Source: Reclinomonas americana ATCC 50394
Lineage: Eukaryota
Assembly: GCA_048213135.1 (NCBI GenBank)
Contig: PS015309.1
Coordinates: 42,434 to 106,433 of the forward strand
Reading direction: 5' to 3'
Length of the DNA stretch: 64,000 nt
Of the stretch, positions 19,475 through 32,600 are shown in pieces. Both the position numbers and the translations under genes were made by a program. Every line of letters begins with the position of its first letter. Position 1 is the first letter of the stretch. Under the pieces are notes generated by a model. It did no database searches and had not been told where the DNA came from. It saw only the letters and a program-made list of their open reading frames with translations.

Positions 19475-20831
19475 ATGGAGGCCTTTGCCAGCGACGTGGA
19501 CCGCGTGTTGGTTTGTGGGGCGACTGGACGGGCCGGATCGGCGGTGGTGCGGGCACTGGTGCTGGCCGGTGCAGAGGTCCGCTGCTTGGTGAGACCGCCT
19601 CTGGATAGAGCGGTGGTCGATGCGCTGCGTGCATTCGGCTTGCGCGTGAGCATTGTGGAGGGCGATCTGCTCGACATTTCGTCGATCAAGGTGTGTGTCT
19701 CTGTGTGTGTGCTCGTGGAGGCGCGCACGGCAACACAACACAATTGATTCTGCGACAAATAATGATTCCCTCTGCGTTTGCCAGGAAGCACTGCACGGCT
19801 GCTCAAGGGTGTTTGTGGCCACATCAGGCGACGATCTGGCCACTCTGGAGGGCAACCTCGCACTGGCGTGCCAGGACATGGAGAGTCACGTGGAGCTTCT
19901 CGTCAAACTCTCCGTCCCGAAGGCGTTTCTCGGCAAGCCGCCAGTCGGGGTGCAACACTTGGATGCCGAGAACCGCATCCGCGCCACCGACGTCCCGTAC
20001 GTGGTGCTCAACACCGATGGCTTTATGGAGGTGTGTTTGACACGAATACGACGACGATGAAACAACTGACGACAGACGTGTGCACACAGTCGCACGTACT
20101 TCTCCACGCCCCCTCGGTAATGTCCACCGGTCGCATTCGCTTCCCGTGCCCCAGTGACGCCCACTGGTCGTACATTTCACTCGAGGATGTCGGTGCTGCA
20201 GGTGTGTGTGTGTACATGGCGGTGGTGGAGTGCGCATTCTTCTCCTCCTTCGTGCATGACAAGAATCTGCCAACTGCGAGTAGCGGCCTCTCTGTTGCTG
20301 CTGCCCGACCTCGCACCCCACATTGGCCAGCACTATACACTGGCCGGCCCGGAGCTCGTCACCATGCAGCAACTGGCCGACATTGTGGGCATTGAATGTG
20401 GGCTGCCGCCGAGCAAGTCGGGATCGTCGTGGTACGAACAAATTCCCAGCACCGTGTGGAAGCGCGAGGCAATGGCCCACGGTCTGCCCGAGGACGCCTG
20501 CGACTCCATCCTCGATCTGTACGGACCCGACAACGTGCTGAGTGACGAGTATCGTCTGGCGGGCTCAAACGACACGGATCGTCCACTCAAGGTTACGTGT
20601 TATTTTTCCCTCGATTGTGTGGCTGCTGACATTGATGGGCGACTGCTGCATACCGCACAGGCTGTCTACACGCCACGGCTCACCGTACGTGACTTTGTGC
20701 GCCTGAATGCGGCCGCCTTCCGGCCGATCGGCACACTGGGTTCATCGTGGGGCAGCGGTGCCGGCAGTCATCACTACGGGAGGCGAGGTCACCAGCAGCA
20801 GGAGCAGTATGAGGAGGAGGAGGGAGTGTGA
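19475..20831 (+). CDS. NmrA-like / atypical SDR NAD(P)-binding protein
   Basis: N-terminal Rossmann motif VLVCGATGRAGSAVVRAL, VEGDLLD, SYISLEDVG, YTLAGPELVT; 4 short introns. Confidence 0.8.
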
Positions 20832-20942
20832 AGCAGTCAGTCTCACTGTCTCTCGCCACATGAATGAAGAACGTTGGTGACGTTACTGCGATCGATGTTC
20901 GATTGTCCCGTAGCCTCCGTCGTTTGTTTGTGAGAGAGAAGG

Positions 20943-22057
20943 ATGTCTCGGCGACGCGTGAGTGCCAGCACGAGTAAGCTGCTCGAAGGTACATCTCCTC
21001 ACTCACTCGTTGTTTCCACCTGCTTCTCACGCGCAATTTTCCACCTGCTTCTCACGCGCGATGACAGATATGGCCAAGAGTGGCCTCACCGGTGCACAGA
21101 AGCGACAACTGCGCGAGACTGCACAGAGTTGCGTGCGCACGAGACGAGTCCTCTCCCCTCTCCTTCTCGTTCTCACACACACACATACACACGCACAGGC
21201 GGATCAACACTACCACTGCACGTGCCTCCACAAAACTACGTGCAGCAGGCGTTCAGGAGGGGAGGCACTGGTGCCGACATGTTTGGTCGCCGATCGTATG
21301 GCATCTCACGAAAGAGCCAGTCGGCGATCCAGCGAGACACACCGTACGAACGCGACTCGTATCGCCCACTGCCACCAAGTTGAGCATCATCGATCTTGTC
21401 GGCATCCTCGTGACGCAACAATTCTCTCATCCTCTGTCATCGAACAGAGTTTGATCGCGACAAGGAAAAGGACAAACTGATCTCGATCTTTGGCGACGGC
21501 AAGGAGCACTATGAGGCCATGCAAAAGGCGGTGCGCGATGCTGCCAGGAGACGCCCCGCGCCACCACCGGCACCAGCGGCTCCGGCATTGACGCCCGAGC
21601 AGCTGCGCATCGAGGAGATTGGCAATGAGATTCACGAGCGCCAGCAGTGGCTGCAGGAGATGAAGGTGAGTGCGTTGTGCGGGAGGTGCGCGTCGCCCCA
21701 CTTCCGCGCCTTTCTCACGCTCGTGTGTGTGTGTCGCAGTCGCTGTGTGCTGGTCTCGACAGCGAGGCGCGTCGGCGTGTTCGCGAGTACGAGGCGCAGA
21801 TCAGTGCCGAGATTTCGGTGATGCAGTCGGAGCTGAAGCGGCTGGTGCGTGAGGAGGAACGGGCGTTGCGTGTGGAACAGGGCCTGCCGCCAGACCCCGA
21901 CGACGACGAGATGGGTGGCGAGAAAGACGGCGGGGATGGGGAGACGAGCGGGTTGTCATTGCTGATGCCGAGTGAGCGGCTGGCCGATCAGCAGAGAGCG
22001 GCGAGTGCCACCGCGGGTGGTACCAGCACAGTACCGAGCGCAGCGCCAGATCGATGA
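20943..22057 (+). CDS. UPF0193 (EVG1/C22orf23-like) protein
   Basis: Spliced SKLLEDMAKSGLTGAQKRQL...YERDSYRP...DRDKEKDKL...IEEIGNEIHERQQWLQEM...ISAEIS resembles the UPF0193 family pattern as I recall it. Confidence 0.75.
21013..21059. repeat. 22-nt direct repeat TTTCCACCTGCTTCTCACGCGC x2 in UPF0193 intron 1
   Basis: Copies at 21013-21034 and 21038-21059. Confidence 0.9.
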
Positions 22058-22139
22058 ACTGACAACCATCAAAACTACTACACTTGTGTTTTTTTCTCCT
22101 CGTTTCTTTTTCGGTGTGTTTTTTCTTCTGCGCAGCTGG

Positions 22140-24492
22140 TCAGCGATCATCAGCTCTGCCATCGCGTCCAGTGCTCTGGGTGAGCTTGACGGTTTTCAAC
22201 CAGTTCTGTCGTCAGCAAATGAGTCGTCGGGGGAGGAGAAGGGAGACGGAGAAGGCGACAGCCCACGCAACGGCCATTGGCGCAATGTGCTTCTCCTGCA
22301 CATCACTGTCCTGCACCGACCAGCTGGACATGGAGCGGCGGTGCAAGTCCTCGGCACGCTTCATGTGTCTTTCTTGGTCGAGCTGTACGACTTTCCATGC
22401 ATGTTCCGCGGACGGTCGTGCTGCGCGCGTCGCAGTCAGCAACATCAGGCGAAAGTCCATGGAGGAAGCACTGAAGAAAGTACCGCGGAGATCAAAGCTC
22501 TGCGTCGTGGCATGCCGTTTCCTCTTCTGCACGTCAAAGGCTCCCGACGACGAGATCTCAGAGGTCGTGTGTGTGTGTCGTTGCTGGAATCGCCTGGTGC
22601 TGATCGGCAGTCGGCTTGGTGGCGGCACCAAAGGCATCGACTTGGCCACCTGGGGCAGCGCGCTCTGTTGTTGCACTGCGTTGGCCGACGTCACATCGGC
22701 GAGTGGCGGCCGTGAGCCTGCTGTGGCGGCGGCGCCGCTGCGCACGGAGCGCACCTGCGGCAGTGCAGAAATGGCTGGTGGCGACGGCGTCTTGCCACCC
22801 GTGGGCGATGGCGAGAACGACGCATCAAAGGAGATGGGAGAGGAGGCGTCAAACTTGCCCGTTCCCGATCGTGGCATCTGCGGGGTGGCACTCAGCGGCG
22901 ACTCGGAGCCTTCGGTGGCCATGGCCACTGATCGATCGGCATCACGCAGAGGCGACACCAGTCCACCCTCCAGTTCCTGCCGGCTGCGTTCGAGATCCTC
23001 CGCTTCCTCGTCGGTCTGAAACGATGAATCGCTAATGTCGTGTTGTCGGAGAGTCGGCAGTGTGAGGGCACTGGGCGTGTTGATCGACATGATGGAGTGA
23101 TTCTGTGCCGCCGGCGTGCCCGGCGATGCTCCTTTTTGCGCCACCTCCTCGTCGTTGTCCGTGTCATCACCAAAGCCATCGTCACTCTGCGGTGTGCATT
23201 TGGTGAGTGAAGAGAAGTGGATCACACCTTCTCTCTCCCCTTTCGACTGCACGCACATCGTCCTCGACACTGTGATTGTCGCGTACTTGCGGCGCCGAAG
23301 AACCACTGCAGCGCGCCAGCTTGGCGACAACTGGTTTCGTTTGCGGCTGCGGTTGCTGTTTGTGGACTCGGTGAGCAACAACATCGCGTGGCGAGTCGGC
23401 GAGATCTTCGCCTCCAAAATCGATCAAGTGAGTAGGCAGCAATGGTGCCTGTCGCCAAGCAAAAGTTCGTGCCAGTCAGCTCAATGACAGTGAGAAAAAT
23501 ACAGTGGCACCACAATGCGAAACCTGTGGCGGCGCCACGGCCGGCTGCTTCTCATCAGAAGAATCGTGGGAATCCCACTCACTGCCGCTGTCGTCGCCCG
23601 CAGACTCCTCCGCCTATGCGAGATCGGGAGATTGTCAGTCGCCTCGCACCCCCAACACGGGCGCACACGTTCTACTACGACGCACCGCGGCCGGCGAGTC
23701 GACCATGCGCAACACCTCTTCCCGCGGCATTGGCGACACAGCCGCCGGCGACGACGGCGAACGCGACCGCAGCGGATGCACCGCCGGTGTTGCCGACGCC
23801 GGCAGCACACTTGCCAGCAGCTCAGACGACGACGGCGACGCCGAGTCCATGGCCGTCGCCGGCGACGAGGGATCCTCATCACTCAGCAAGCGACGCCCAC
23901 GCGCCGGTGGCGTCACCACAGGCGACTCGCTCGTCCACCGCTGCGACCCCGGCAACTGGAACGACGATGACGATGATGATGACAGCGCACCAGTGCCACC
24001 TGCCGAGGCGAACACAGTGGACGGTGTGCCCAGTGCGTCGAGCACCGGTGGCGGTGGCGTACGCACATCACTCGGCTGCAGCTGCTGCCGGTGAAACATG
24101 CTCACTGCGGGCGAGTCTGGTGCCACACGCGCGACTGTGACCGGTGCGCTTGACTGCTCGCTCTCCTGCACAACGACGATGAGCAATGTTCCCGCCAAGT
24201 GTCATCATCAACACCCACACCCACACACACACACCATGTCCACGAGTACTCTCAGCTGCGCCATGGCTCGGTCCAACTCTGCCAACTGGACACGCAGCTC
24301 GTGCTGATTCCACACGTGTGAGCGCGTGACTCGAGTGTGTGACAGTGTGTGACTGTGTGTGAGTGAAAACGCAACAACGTGTCGAATGCGCTGAAACGTG
24401 CTCAACATGGGTCCACTGGCCACCTCCTCTGTCTCCTTGTCGTTGCTCTCCCCGCGCCACCAGCGCACGAGACCATCGAGAACGCGTCGCAT
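22140..24492 (-). CDS. Hypothetical Ser/Pro-rich low-complexity protein
   Basis: ATG at 24492 and long coding-biased ORFs (23635-24198, 22212-23417) joined by GT-AG introns. Last exon NWLKTVKLTQSTGRDGRADDR* is reached via GCC|gttgcgt at 22271. Confidence 0.55.
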
Positions 24493-24580
24493 GAGTGAGA
24501 AAAAACGAGTTGAAGGGCCTTGAAGAAAGACCTCCTGATCGCCGATCGATGAACTGCGTGATTAAGTGGATAGGAAGGGA

Positions 24581-25947
24581 ATGGCGAGCAGCAGCAGCAC
24601 ACCGCAAGACCTGCACGCCACTGTGCTGTCCGAGTCGGAGGAGCTGGACCCGGCACTGCATCCTGTCGTGCGCGGTCAGTCACACGCACACACACACAGA
24701 GTGTGACATTGCCTTACACGCGCAAGCAGGGCCCGACTTTAACGATCCCGTCGACTACGATCGCTTGTTTGAGACGTACCAGTACATGGGCTTCCAGGCG
24801 AGCTCGCTCGGACAGGCCATTGTCGAAATCAATCGCATGGTTTGCGATATGCATGCAATGGAGGGCCGGAAATGGTCTCTGATGTTGTGTGTGTGTGTCG
24901 AGGCAGATCGACGCACGCTCGGCGCCGCACGAGGTGGAGACGGCCGAGTATGAGAGCGAGGACCCGTTCCGCCCGCGTCGCCCGTGCACCATCTTCCTCG
25001 GTTACACCTCCAACATGGCGTCGTGTGGTGTGCGCGAGGTCATTCGGTTCCTGTGCCAGCACAACATGATCGACTGTGTGGTGGCCTCGGCGGGTGGCAT
25101 CGAGGAGGACTTTATCAAGTGTCTGGCGCCGACGTACATGGGCGATTTTGCGCTGCCGGGCGCCGAGTTGAGAAAACGCGGACTCAATCGCATCGGCAAC
25201 CTGCTGGTGCCCAACTCCAACTACTGCAAGTTCGAGGATTGGTTCACGCCCATCCTCGATGAGATGTACGCGGAGCAGTTGGAGCACGGCAAGGTGTGGA
25301 CGCCGTCGCGCATGATTGCGCGCATGGGCGAGCGTATCAATAACCCCGACTCGATCTACTACTGGTGCTACAAGGTTTGCGTGGCACCACCGCGAGTGGG
25401 GCGAATGCCTTGCGTTGGACTCTCACACTACCTTGTGTGTGTGTGCGCGTAGAACAACATCCCCGTGTTCTGCCCGGCCATCACCGACGGCTCGATCGGC
25501 GACATGGTGTACTTCCGATCGTGGAAGAACACCGACTTCACCATTGACATTTGCCGCGACATTCGACGCATCAACGACATTGCTCGGCGGGCGCACTCCA
25601 CCGGCATGATCATTTGCGGTGGCGGTCTCATCAAGCACCACATTTGCAACGCGAACCTCATGCGCAACGGTGCCGACTACTCGGTGTTCATCAACACGGC
25701 CAGCGAGTTCGACGGCAGCGACTCGGGCGCCCGACCCGACGAGGCCGTGTCGTGGGGCAAGATCCGCCTCACGGCCAAACCCGTCAAGCTGTACTGCGAG
25801 ACCTCGGTGGCGTTCCCACTGATTGTCGCGCAAACGTTTGCCAAGCGGTACCACTTGGAGCGACGGAAACGACAGGAAGAGGAGGAGGCTGCTGCTGCTG
25901 CTGCAGTGGCTGAGGTGGCGGCTGCGCCTGTTGCGGCACGAGAGTAA
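24581..25947 (+). CDS. DHPS: Deoxyhypusine synthase
   Basis: [100 protein letters not shown] (catalytic Lys intact); 3 introns. Confidence 0.96.
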
Positions 25948-25995
25948 AAACACTCGCAGTGTCAATCAGCCATCTCGTGTGAGCTCGGCGTGATT

Positions 25996-26602
25996 TTAAT
26001 CGTCGAATGGTCCGCCAGGCATATCGGAAGCCGGCACCGTTAGACAGTGCCGCCTCATGTAGGCCCTCCGCCTTGCATCACGCACAGCCTCTACCTTGCG
26101 CTGCTCCTCCAGCAGGTCCTTGATGCGCTGTGCATGATGCCCGCACATGAGTTGTCTCCGACACACTGTATCATTGTCTCGCTCGCCACGCAACAGCCAA
26201 GTCAGCTCTCCGCAGCTGCGTGTCAATGCTCTCGTCGACCTCGCCCAGCAGCACCACATTCTCCCCGCGAATGATGCACAACCCCACGCGCTCGTCGGCA
26301 AACATGCCGTCACAAGTGAATCTCTCCCACGTGTCCTCGAACACCAAGTTCGCTGCGCGCGCGCGTGCAAGTGAGTACACTTGCATGCGCTAAGCACGAG
26401 AAGGGGGAGGCCGCACCAAAACGATCAAAAGAACGCAGAACGCCGAGCAGATTGCGTCCGTCACGCAGCCACACAAACAGTCGCTCTGCATGCACAAGCA
26501 TGCGCTCATCAGTGCATGCACACACACAGAGGAAGTGAGAGAGTACACGCAACTGTCAACCTGCTCAAGAAGCGTGGCCGACGACGGCAAGCCCGCGCTC
26601 AT
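25996..26602 (-). CDS. LSM1: Sm-like protein LSm1
   Basis: Spliced MSAGLPSSATLLEQVDKRLFVWLRDGRNLLGVLRSFDRFANLVFEDTWER...IIRGENVVLLGEVD; 3 introns. Confidence 0.92.
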
Positions 26603-26687
26603 CGCCGGCGTCTTTGAGTGGTGTGGCGGACGGACCGACGGAAGTTTGTGACTTTTGCGCGCGCGACAGAGGAAGAGTTGTCTCACC

Positions 26688-29600
26688 ATGGCATCGTCGT
26701 CGTCTTCGCCATTTGCTCGTGCACGCGACCTTGCACGTGAGCTGTTTGCACAGTTTCCGCATCGCGGAGTGGGCCGTCTGCTGCGCGTCATTGTCGGTGA
26801 GTGATGTCCACACACTCACGCGCGCGCTCTTCCTCTCCCTCTCTTTCCTCCCTCATGCTGAATGTGCTCGGGCCGCAGACCCCGCTGCCAAGGTCGACAT
26901 TCGCTCTGCGGCCATGCATCAATTGGATCGTCTGCTGGCCTCTGAGTGGGCGGTGGATGCCGCCGTCGGTCTCCGTCTTGCGTCGCTGTCAATTGTCGCG
27001 GTGTGTGTGTGTGTGCCTGCTCTCTCTCTCTCTCTCTCATTGTCTCACTGGTGACTGACGGCCTCCTTCTTTCGCAGCTGCTGTCGGCTTGCAGTCACGA
27101 AGATTGGAACGCGCGAACGGCGGCAGCCGAGGCGATATCGGTGTGCTTTCGATGCATTGCCAAGTACGCGCGCAGTGGCGTAGAGCAGTTCCTGGCGTCG
27201 TCTGCGTTGCCTCCGCCCCCGCCCCCGCCGCCATTCCAAGTCAAAACCGACTCGTCGGCATTTGCATGGACACTGGAGGCGCCTGCACGCTTGCCGCCGG
27301 CGCTGCCGCTGATGGCGTCGCCCGTGTCTCCGTCGCTCGAGGTCCTCACCGACATGGCCCGCCAGCTGGCCTCGTTTGCCGGCGCCTTGTCGGCGGCCGG
27401 TGGCAGCAGCGGCAGCAGCAGCAGCAGTGGCACGGCGCGAGGTGGAGGACGACGACCACCTCCGCCGCTGAAGGGCGTGAGACCGGCCAACATTGTGACG
27501 CCGACAACGCACACGGTACTGTCTTCCGTCAGCGGTTCCATGCTGGCCAGCATGGATGTTGCCAGCATGTCGGTGCGCCAGTTGAACCGATGGCGTCGTC
27601 TGACTGCCGGCAAGCCGGCTGCTCCCTCGACACCGACCACCGCCGTGTCCACACCAATGTCGCCCTCGTTTTTCACCGCATCGTCTCCCTCGGCAGCAGC
27701 GGGCAAGGCGGCAGGCGCACAGACTGCCTCGTCGAGTTCGCGAATGCAGAACAAGCAGCGTCGGATGGCCGGCAAAGTGAGACCGCGCAGCCCTGGCGAC
27801 GAGGATGAGGATGACGATGAGGACCAGGAGGACGAGGAGATGGAAGACAACGACGACGATGACGACGGCAACGACGAACACGATGCTACCGATAGCCCGC
27901 CGAAGAAACGGCAAAACACGAGAACCATGCCACCGCCCAAGACGCCAAACGGTGGCGGAACGAATGCCGCAGCCACTGCCGCCACGGCTGCTGCTGCCGC
28001 CACCACCACAGACGCCACCATGGAGACTGTGTGGTCCTCGTCGGCGGGGGGTGAAGCCGTGCTCAACGAAGTGGATCGTTTGGCAGAGGACCCATCGCAC
28101 TTGATTTCGTGGATGCTGAGCGCGCTGGTAAATGGTCTGCTCGACACCACGTGGTGGGTCCGGCATGGTGCCATCATGGCGCTCAGGCCTCTTTTGCGCG
28201 AATTGGCGGCGCTGCAGTCGCCGTATGGAGTTGGCGGTGGCAGCTTCGCAGACGGGTGGCGTCTGGTGTTGCGCGCCCTGACGTTTGTGCTCATGGCCGA
28301 CGAGTTTGCCGACTTTACGGGCGAGTCGGCACAGGTTCCGGTCCGTGCAGAGATTGCGGTGGCGGTACCCGACGCAGTGTCTCTGTTGGTGGGTGGTGCG
28401 ACTGGAGCGGTGGCACTGGCTGCCGCGTTGCGACAGTGCGCACAAGTGTTGGCTTTCACCGCCTGCTTTAGTGAGCGGTGGCAGGTGTGTCTGTGTTGTT
28501 TTGCATTCGTCGCATCTGGCGCCTGTCGCGCGCGTGCGTGTGTGCTGATAGAGTGCGTCGATCGTAGGTCCATCTCGGAGTGCTACTGACGTTGAAGTCG
28601 TTGGTGCATGCACAAATGAGGGTCGCACAGAGCAATGTGCCGAGTGTGGAGACCAAGGCGGCACTGACGGACTCGTTGAATGCGTCCACCATGTTGACGA
28701 TTCGCTGGTATGTTGCATGTGTGTATGTGTGTGCTGCTTCACTCAGCAGCAATGTCTATCGTGGTGGTGACGACGTGTGACGGGCAGCCTGTCGACGGAA
28801 AAGGACCCGAGTGAGGAAGTGTGGTGCGCAGCCATGGATAATCTCGCCGCAATCATTGACGCCGTGCAGAGCGGCCAGTGGTGGGCGCAGCAACTGGGAC
28901 CGGAGGCCAAGTGGGCCTCCGATGTTTTCTCGGGCGTCGTCCGGGCGCGACAATTGCTGGCGAACCTGGACGACGGCTCGTTGGTGGCCGCACCGTTGTT
29001 GCTGCTTCTCAGTTGCGTATCTTGGTGGAATGTTGGAGGTGACGTAATGCACGCGACTTACGTTTGAGTTTGTGTCGTGCGTCGCGTGCAGGGCACAGCC
29101 ATGGTCCGTGGATCGGCTCAGCAATGGCGCAAATGAGTGCCGACGAGTATGTCAAGTTGACCTCGTACTGCTGGCACCCGTCTGCTGCTGTGCGAGGAGA
29201 AGCCTTGCGGCTGGCTCAGGCAACGTGGTTGCAAAAAGGTGTGCCGGTGCTTGGCGATCGAGCACCGCTGGTGTTGTGTTATTTCTTCACCGTCAGCTTT
29301 ATGGAGCCACAAGAGGTATTGCGCGTGTGCACACTCGAAATAATGCGCCTTTCGTCTCATAGCAACCCGTAGGCACTTCGTGTGGCCGCGCGGGAGCTGT
29401 TTGTGGCCCTCGGTCTTCATGTCGGTCTCCGTGCGTCCATGCAACACGGCTTTCTCGGCTGGCTCTTTTCTCTCTCTGCTCTTGTCATGGCCTCCACCGC
29501 GCAACGGGCCTCGGCTTCCGCCGTCGGTGCTCTCCCTGCATCCGTCGAACCGTGGTGGAGCGAGCGCATTCCACAAATGCTACAGACGCAGTTGCGTGGC

Positions 29601-32600
29601 GCAGCGACGGGAGCGGTGCAGGCGAAGTGACATCGATGCTGACATTGTGTTGCAGAACATCCATTCGGCAAGAGGTGCGATGGACGGAGCAGGAGAAGTG
29701 GGATGGACTGTGGGCGGGTGTGGAGACACTGGCCTCGTTGGTTGTTCACGCGCCAGAGGGAGAGGCGTCGATGGTGCAGGATGTCGGCAACTCGGTAGGG
29801 TTCGCCTTGATGAATGGCGCCGAGTCGGCGGCGTCAAAGGAGGTGGCGATTGTTGGCACGCTCTTCTGCAATGCCTGGTCACTGCTGGTGTCGGATCCAC
29901 TGCGAGGTCGTGGTGCGTGGTGGCGTGACAAGCGATGGTTTGACACTGTGACTGTGCCTAATGGTGATATCTCGCAGTGCCGCGGTCGCCGCTGCCGGAG
30001 GATGTGGTGCAGGCGCTGCTGTTCTTGGTGGAGACTGGATGCGCGGAATTCGGCGCCGCACAGGTGCAAGCAGGACCCGCAGTTGCGTGGCGACCCGAGG
30101 CCACAGGTCAACAATGTCGCAGCCGTGAGGACTGACCTCTATGTGTTTGTTGACTTGCCGCAGCGGGCTCACGAAGTGGTCATGTCTGAGCTTGCACGTC
30201 TGGGCACCATGGCTGCGGCGTCGGAAGTGGCCATCATGCGACAACCTCGAAACAGTGTGACAATGGTCATGCAGTCGCTGCTGCAGCTGCTGCGGGTGAG
30301 TGTATAAGGGTGATGAGCAGGCGTGGAGATGCATCATTTTCATCATCATCCGCTCTCGCAGGAATCGGCGTCGAACTCTCGCGAAACAGCGTGGATGGGT
30401 GCTCATTTGGGTGGTGCCATTTGTCGGCTGGCCGTCATGTGTTCGTCGGGAGTGTCGTGGCCGGGAGATGAGTCGGCTTCTGCCGTGGCCGACTTCTTGG
30501 TGGACACGGTGATTGGACACGTGTGTGGGTACAGAGCAGTGGTATTGCCACCATCGGTGCTGGCGCTACTGGGTGACGAAACTGGGCGGCTGTCGACGGG
30601 TGCTGCCGCGAACAAGCCCACCGTCAACCTGTTTCACCAGGTGGTTGCCGAGCGACTCATGGCCAGTGTGCGAGAGGACTCTGGCACTGACGGCGCAGCG
30701 GCCGCTGCTGCCGCTGCGGCTGCTGCTTCTGCTGCTGTGGTTGCTGGTGCGGACGATGGCGATGAGGACGAGGATGAAGACGAGGCACCGTCAGTGGCGG
30801 TGTCGGGTGGCAAGCGTGGTCGCAGGAAAGCTGCGGCCGGGCGCACTCACCAATCTCGCACGTCGACGACCGCCGCAGCCAGTAGCACGCTGGCGCTGGC
30901 GGTTCTCGAGATTGTGGAGATGGAGTCGAAGCCGCCGCCGGTGGAGAAGTTACCTGGCGTCTCCCTTGGTCCTGGCAGGTGAGTGAAGTGTGTACGAGTG
31001 AGCAGAGGCTGGGGTGATGAAGCTGAGCGCTGCATTTCGTCGCCTCGCAGCGTTGCCGGTGTCGATGACGCGTCAGCTGACGCTGTGCAGTCGGCGCTTT
31101 CTGCCGATGGTGTGTGGTCAGGGTCGTTTGCTGCCGAGCGTGCCTTGCGTTCGTTGGTCCACGAGTGTGGCAGTGGTTTGCTGGAGCGTTTGCCGCGACT
31201 GGCCCAGGGTCTGCTGCGCGTGTGCCAGCCCCTGCCCCCGTTGACGATGGGTGGTGGTACGATTGAGTGGATGCAACAATTGTCACAGGTGCAGCAGTCG
31301 GCTGTGCTGTGCTCGGTGCTGACGGAAACGTTGCCGGAGGCCCATCGCGAGGATCCACGGCCGTGTGTGGTGGTGGAGAGTCTGGAGAAGCTGGTGCCAT
31401 TCTTGCTGGCTCGTGTGGCGGAAGCCATCCAGGCAGTGTTCCCTGCGGATTCGAGTACACCGTTCTTCGCGGCGCAGCGTGTGCTCGCGGCACCCACCAC
31501 GTTGTTTGTGATGGATGTGTGCGCGTGTGTAGCGCGCATATGTCGCTCCAGTCTCGCCCTCAAGGGTGCCGGTCACTTTGTGTTTGAGGGTGGCATCACG
31601 GCTCCGGCCACCGCGTCGTCGGCCGTTGGCGTGGTTGTGGAGTTTGTGCTGAGCTGCTTGTCTGCTGAGTCGGCGTCGGTGTCGATGAGAGCAGTTGGCC
31701 TGCGCATTGTTCTTCGTTGCGTTCCGCGTGCTCCCACCCCTCGTGCCCGTCCAGTTCTCACTCGTGGCGTGCGCAGAGTTGATCAGCCAGCTGCAGCAGC
31801 AGTTTGTACCGTATGCACCGCTGGTGCTGCCGCTGACGCTCAACTGGCTGAGCCATCCAGATCCTAGCATTCGGTCGGTGGCGTCGTCCATCTTCTCGCT
31901 GCTGCTCCCACTGTTGCCAATGGCGTTGCCGCTGTTGGGTTCCGGCGAGGCGGTGACTCTCGCCTCTGTCCACCCACTGTTGCACCCGTTGAGCTCGGTG
32001 CCCGGTGGAGTGCACTCCCACGCAGCCTACTGGCACCTTCCCGAGGTCGTGCGGCTGCTCGTCGAGGAGCGACTGCACTACCTGCGCCGACTGGTGGTCG
32101 GTTCGTCGGTGCACGCCAGCGGATCCCAGTTGCGTGATTGAGGATGTGGACTGCGTGTGTGTGTGCGAGTTGAGGTAATTCTGTCTCATCGCGCGTTGCA
32201 CAGTTCCACGGAGGAGTGGATGGGGGCGGCTGGCGTGTTGGTGGACCCTGCGGCGCATCGTGTGGCGCATGTGGACGCCACGTTCCGTGCGTACCAGTTG
32301 GAGGGAGTGCGGTGGCTGTGGTTCCTTCGGTGTCACCACTTGCATGGCGCGTTGTGTGACGACATGGGACTCGGCAAGACGCTGCAGGTAGCACTTTTTT
32401 ATTTCTCTCTTTGCATCTCTCGGGTCTCGCGGTCTGACGATCGGTGCAGGCCATTGCTGTGATGGTGATGCACGCGTTGGACCGGGGCCAGCGGGGCAAC
32501 GCTAGTGTTGGCGTCAGTGCCGTGTTGTGTCCGGCCACCCTGGTGCCCAACTGGCAGGCCGAGATCATCAGATTCGCGGCACCTGTGTTGCGCCCGGTCG

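Noticed and set aside
27045-28742. Long antisense ORFs (565 and 492 aa) opposite BTAF1, and similar ones elsewhere
   Set aside because: Shadow ORFs expected in GC-rich coding DNA; no recognisable domains.
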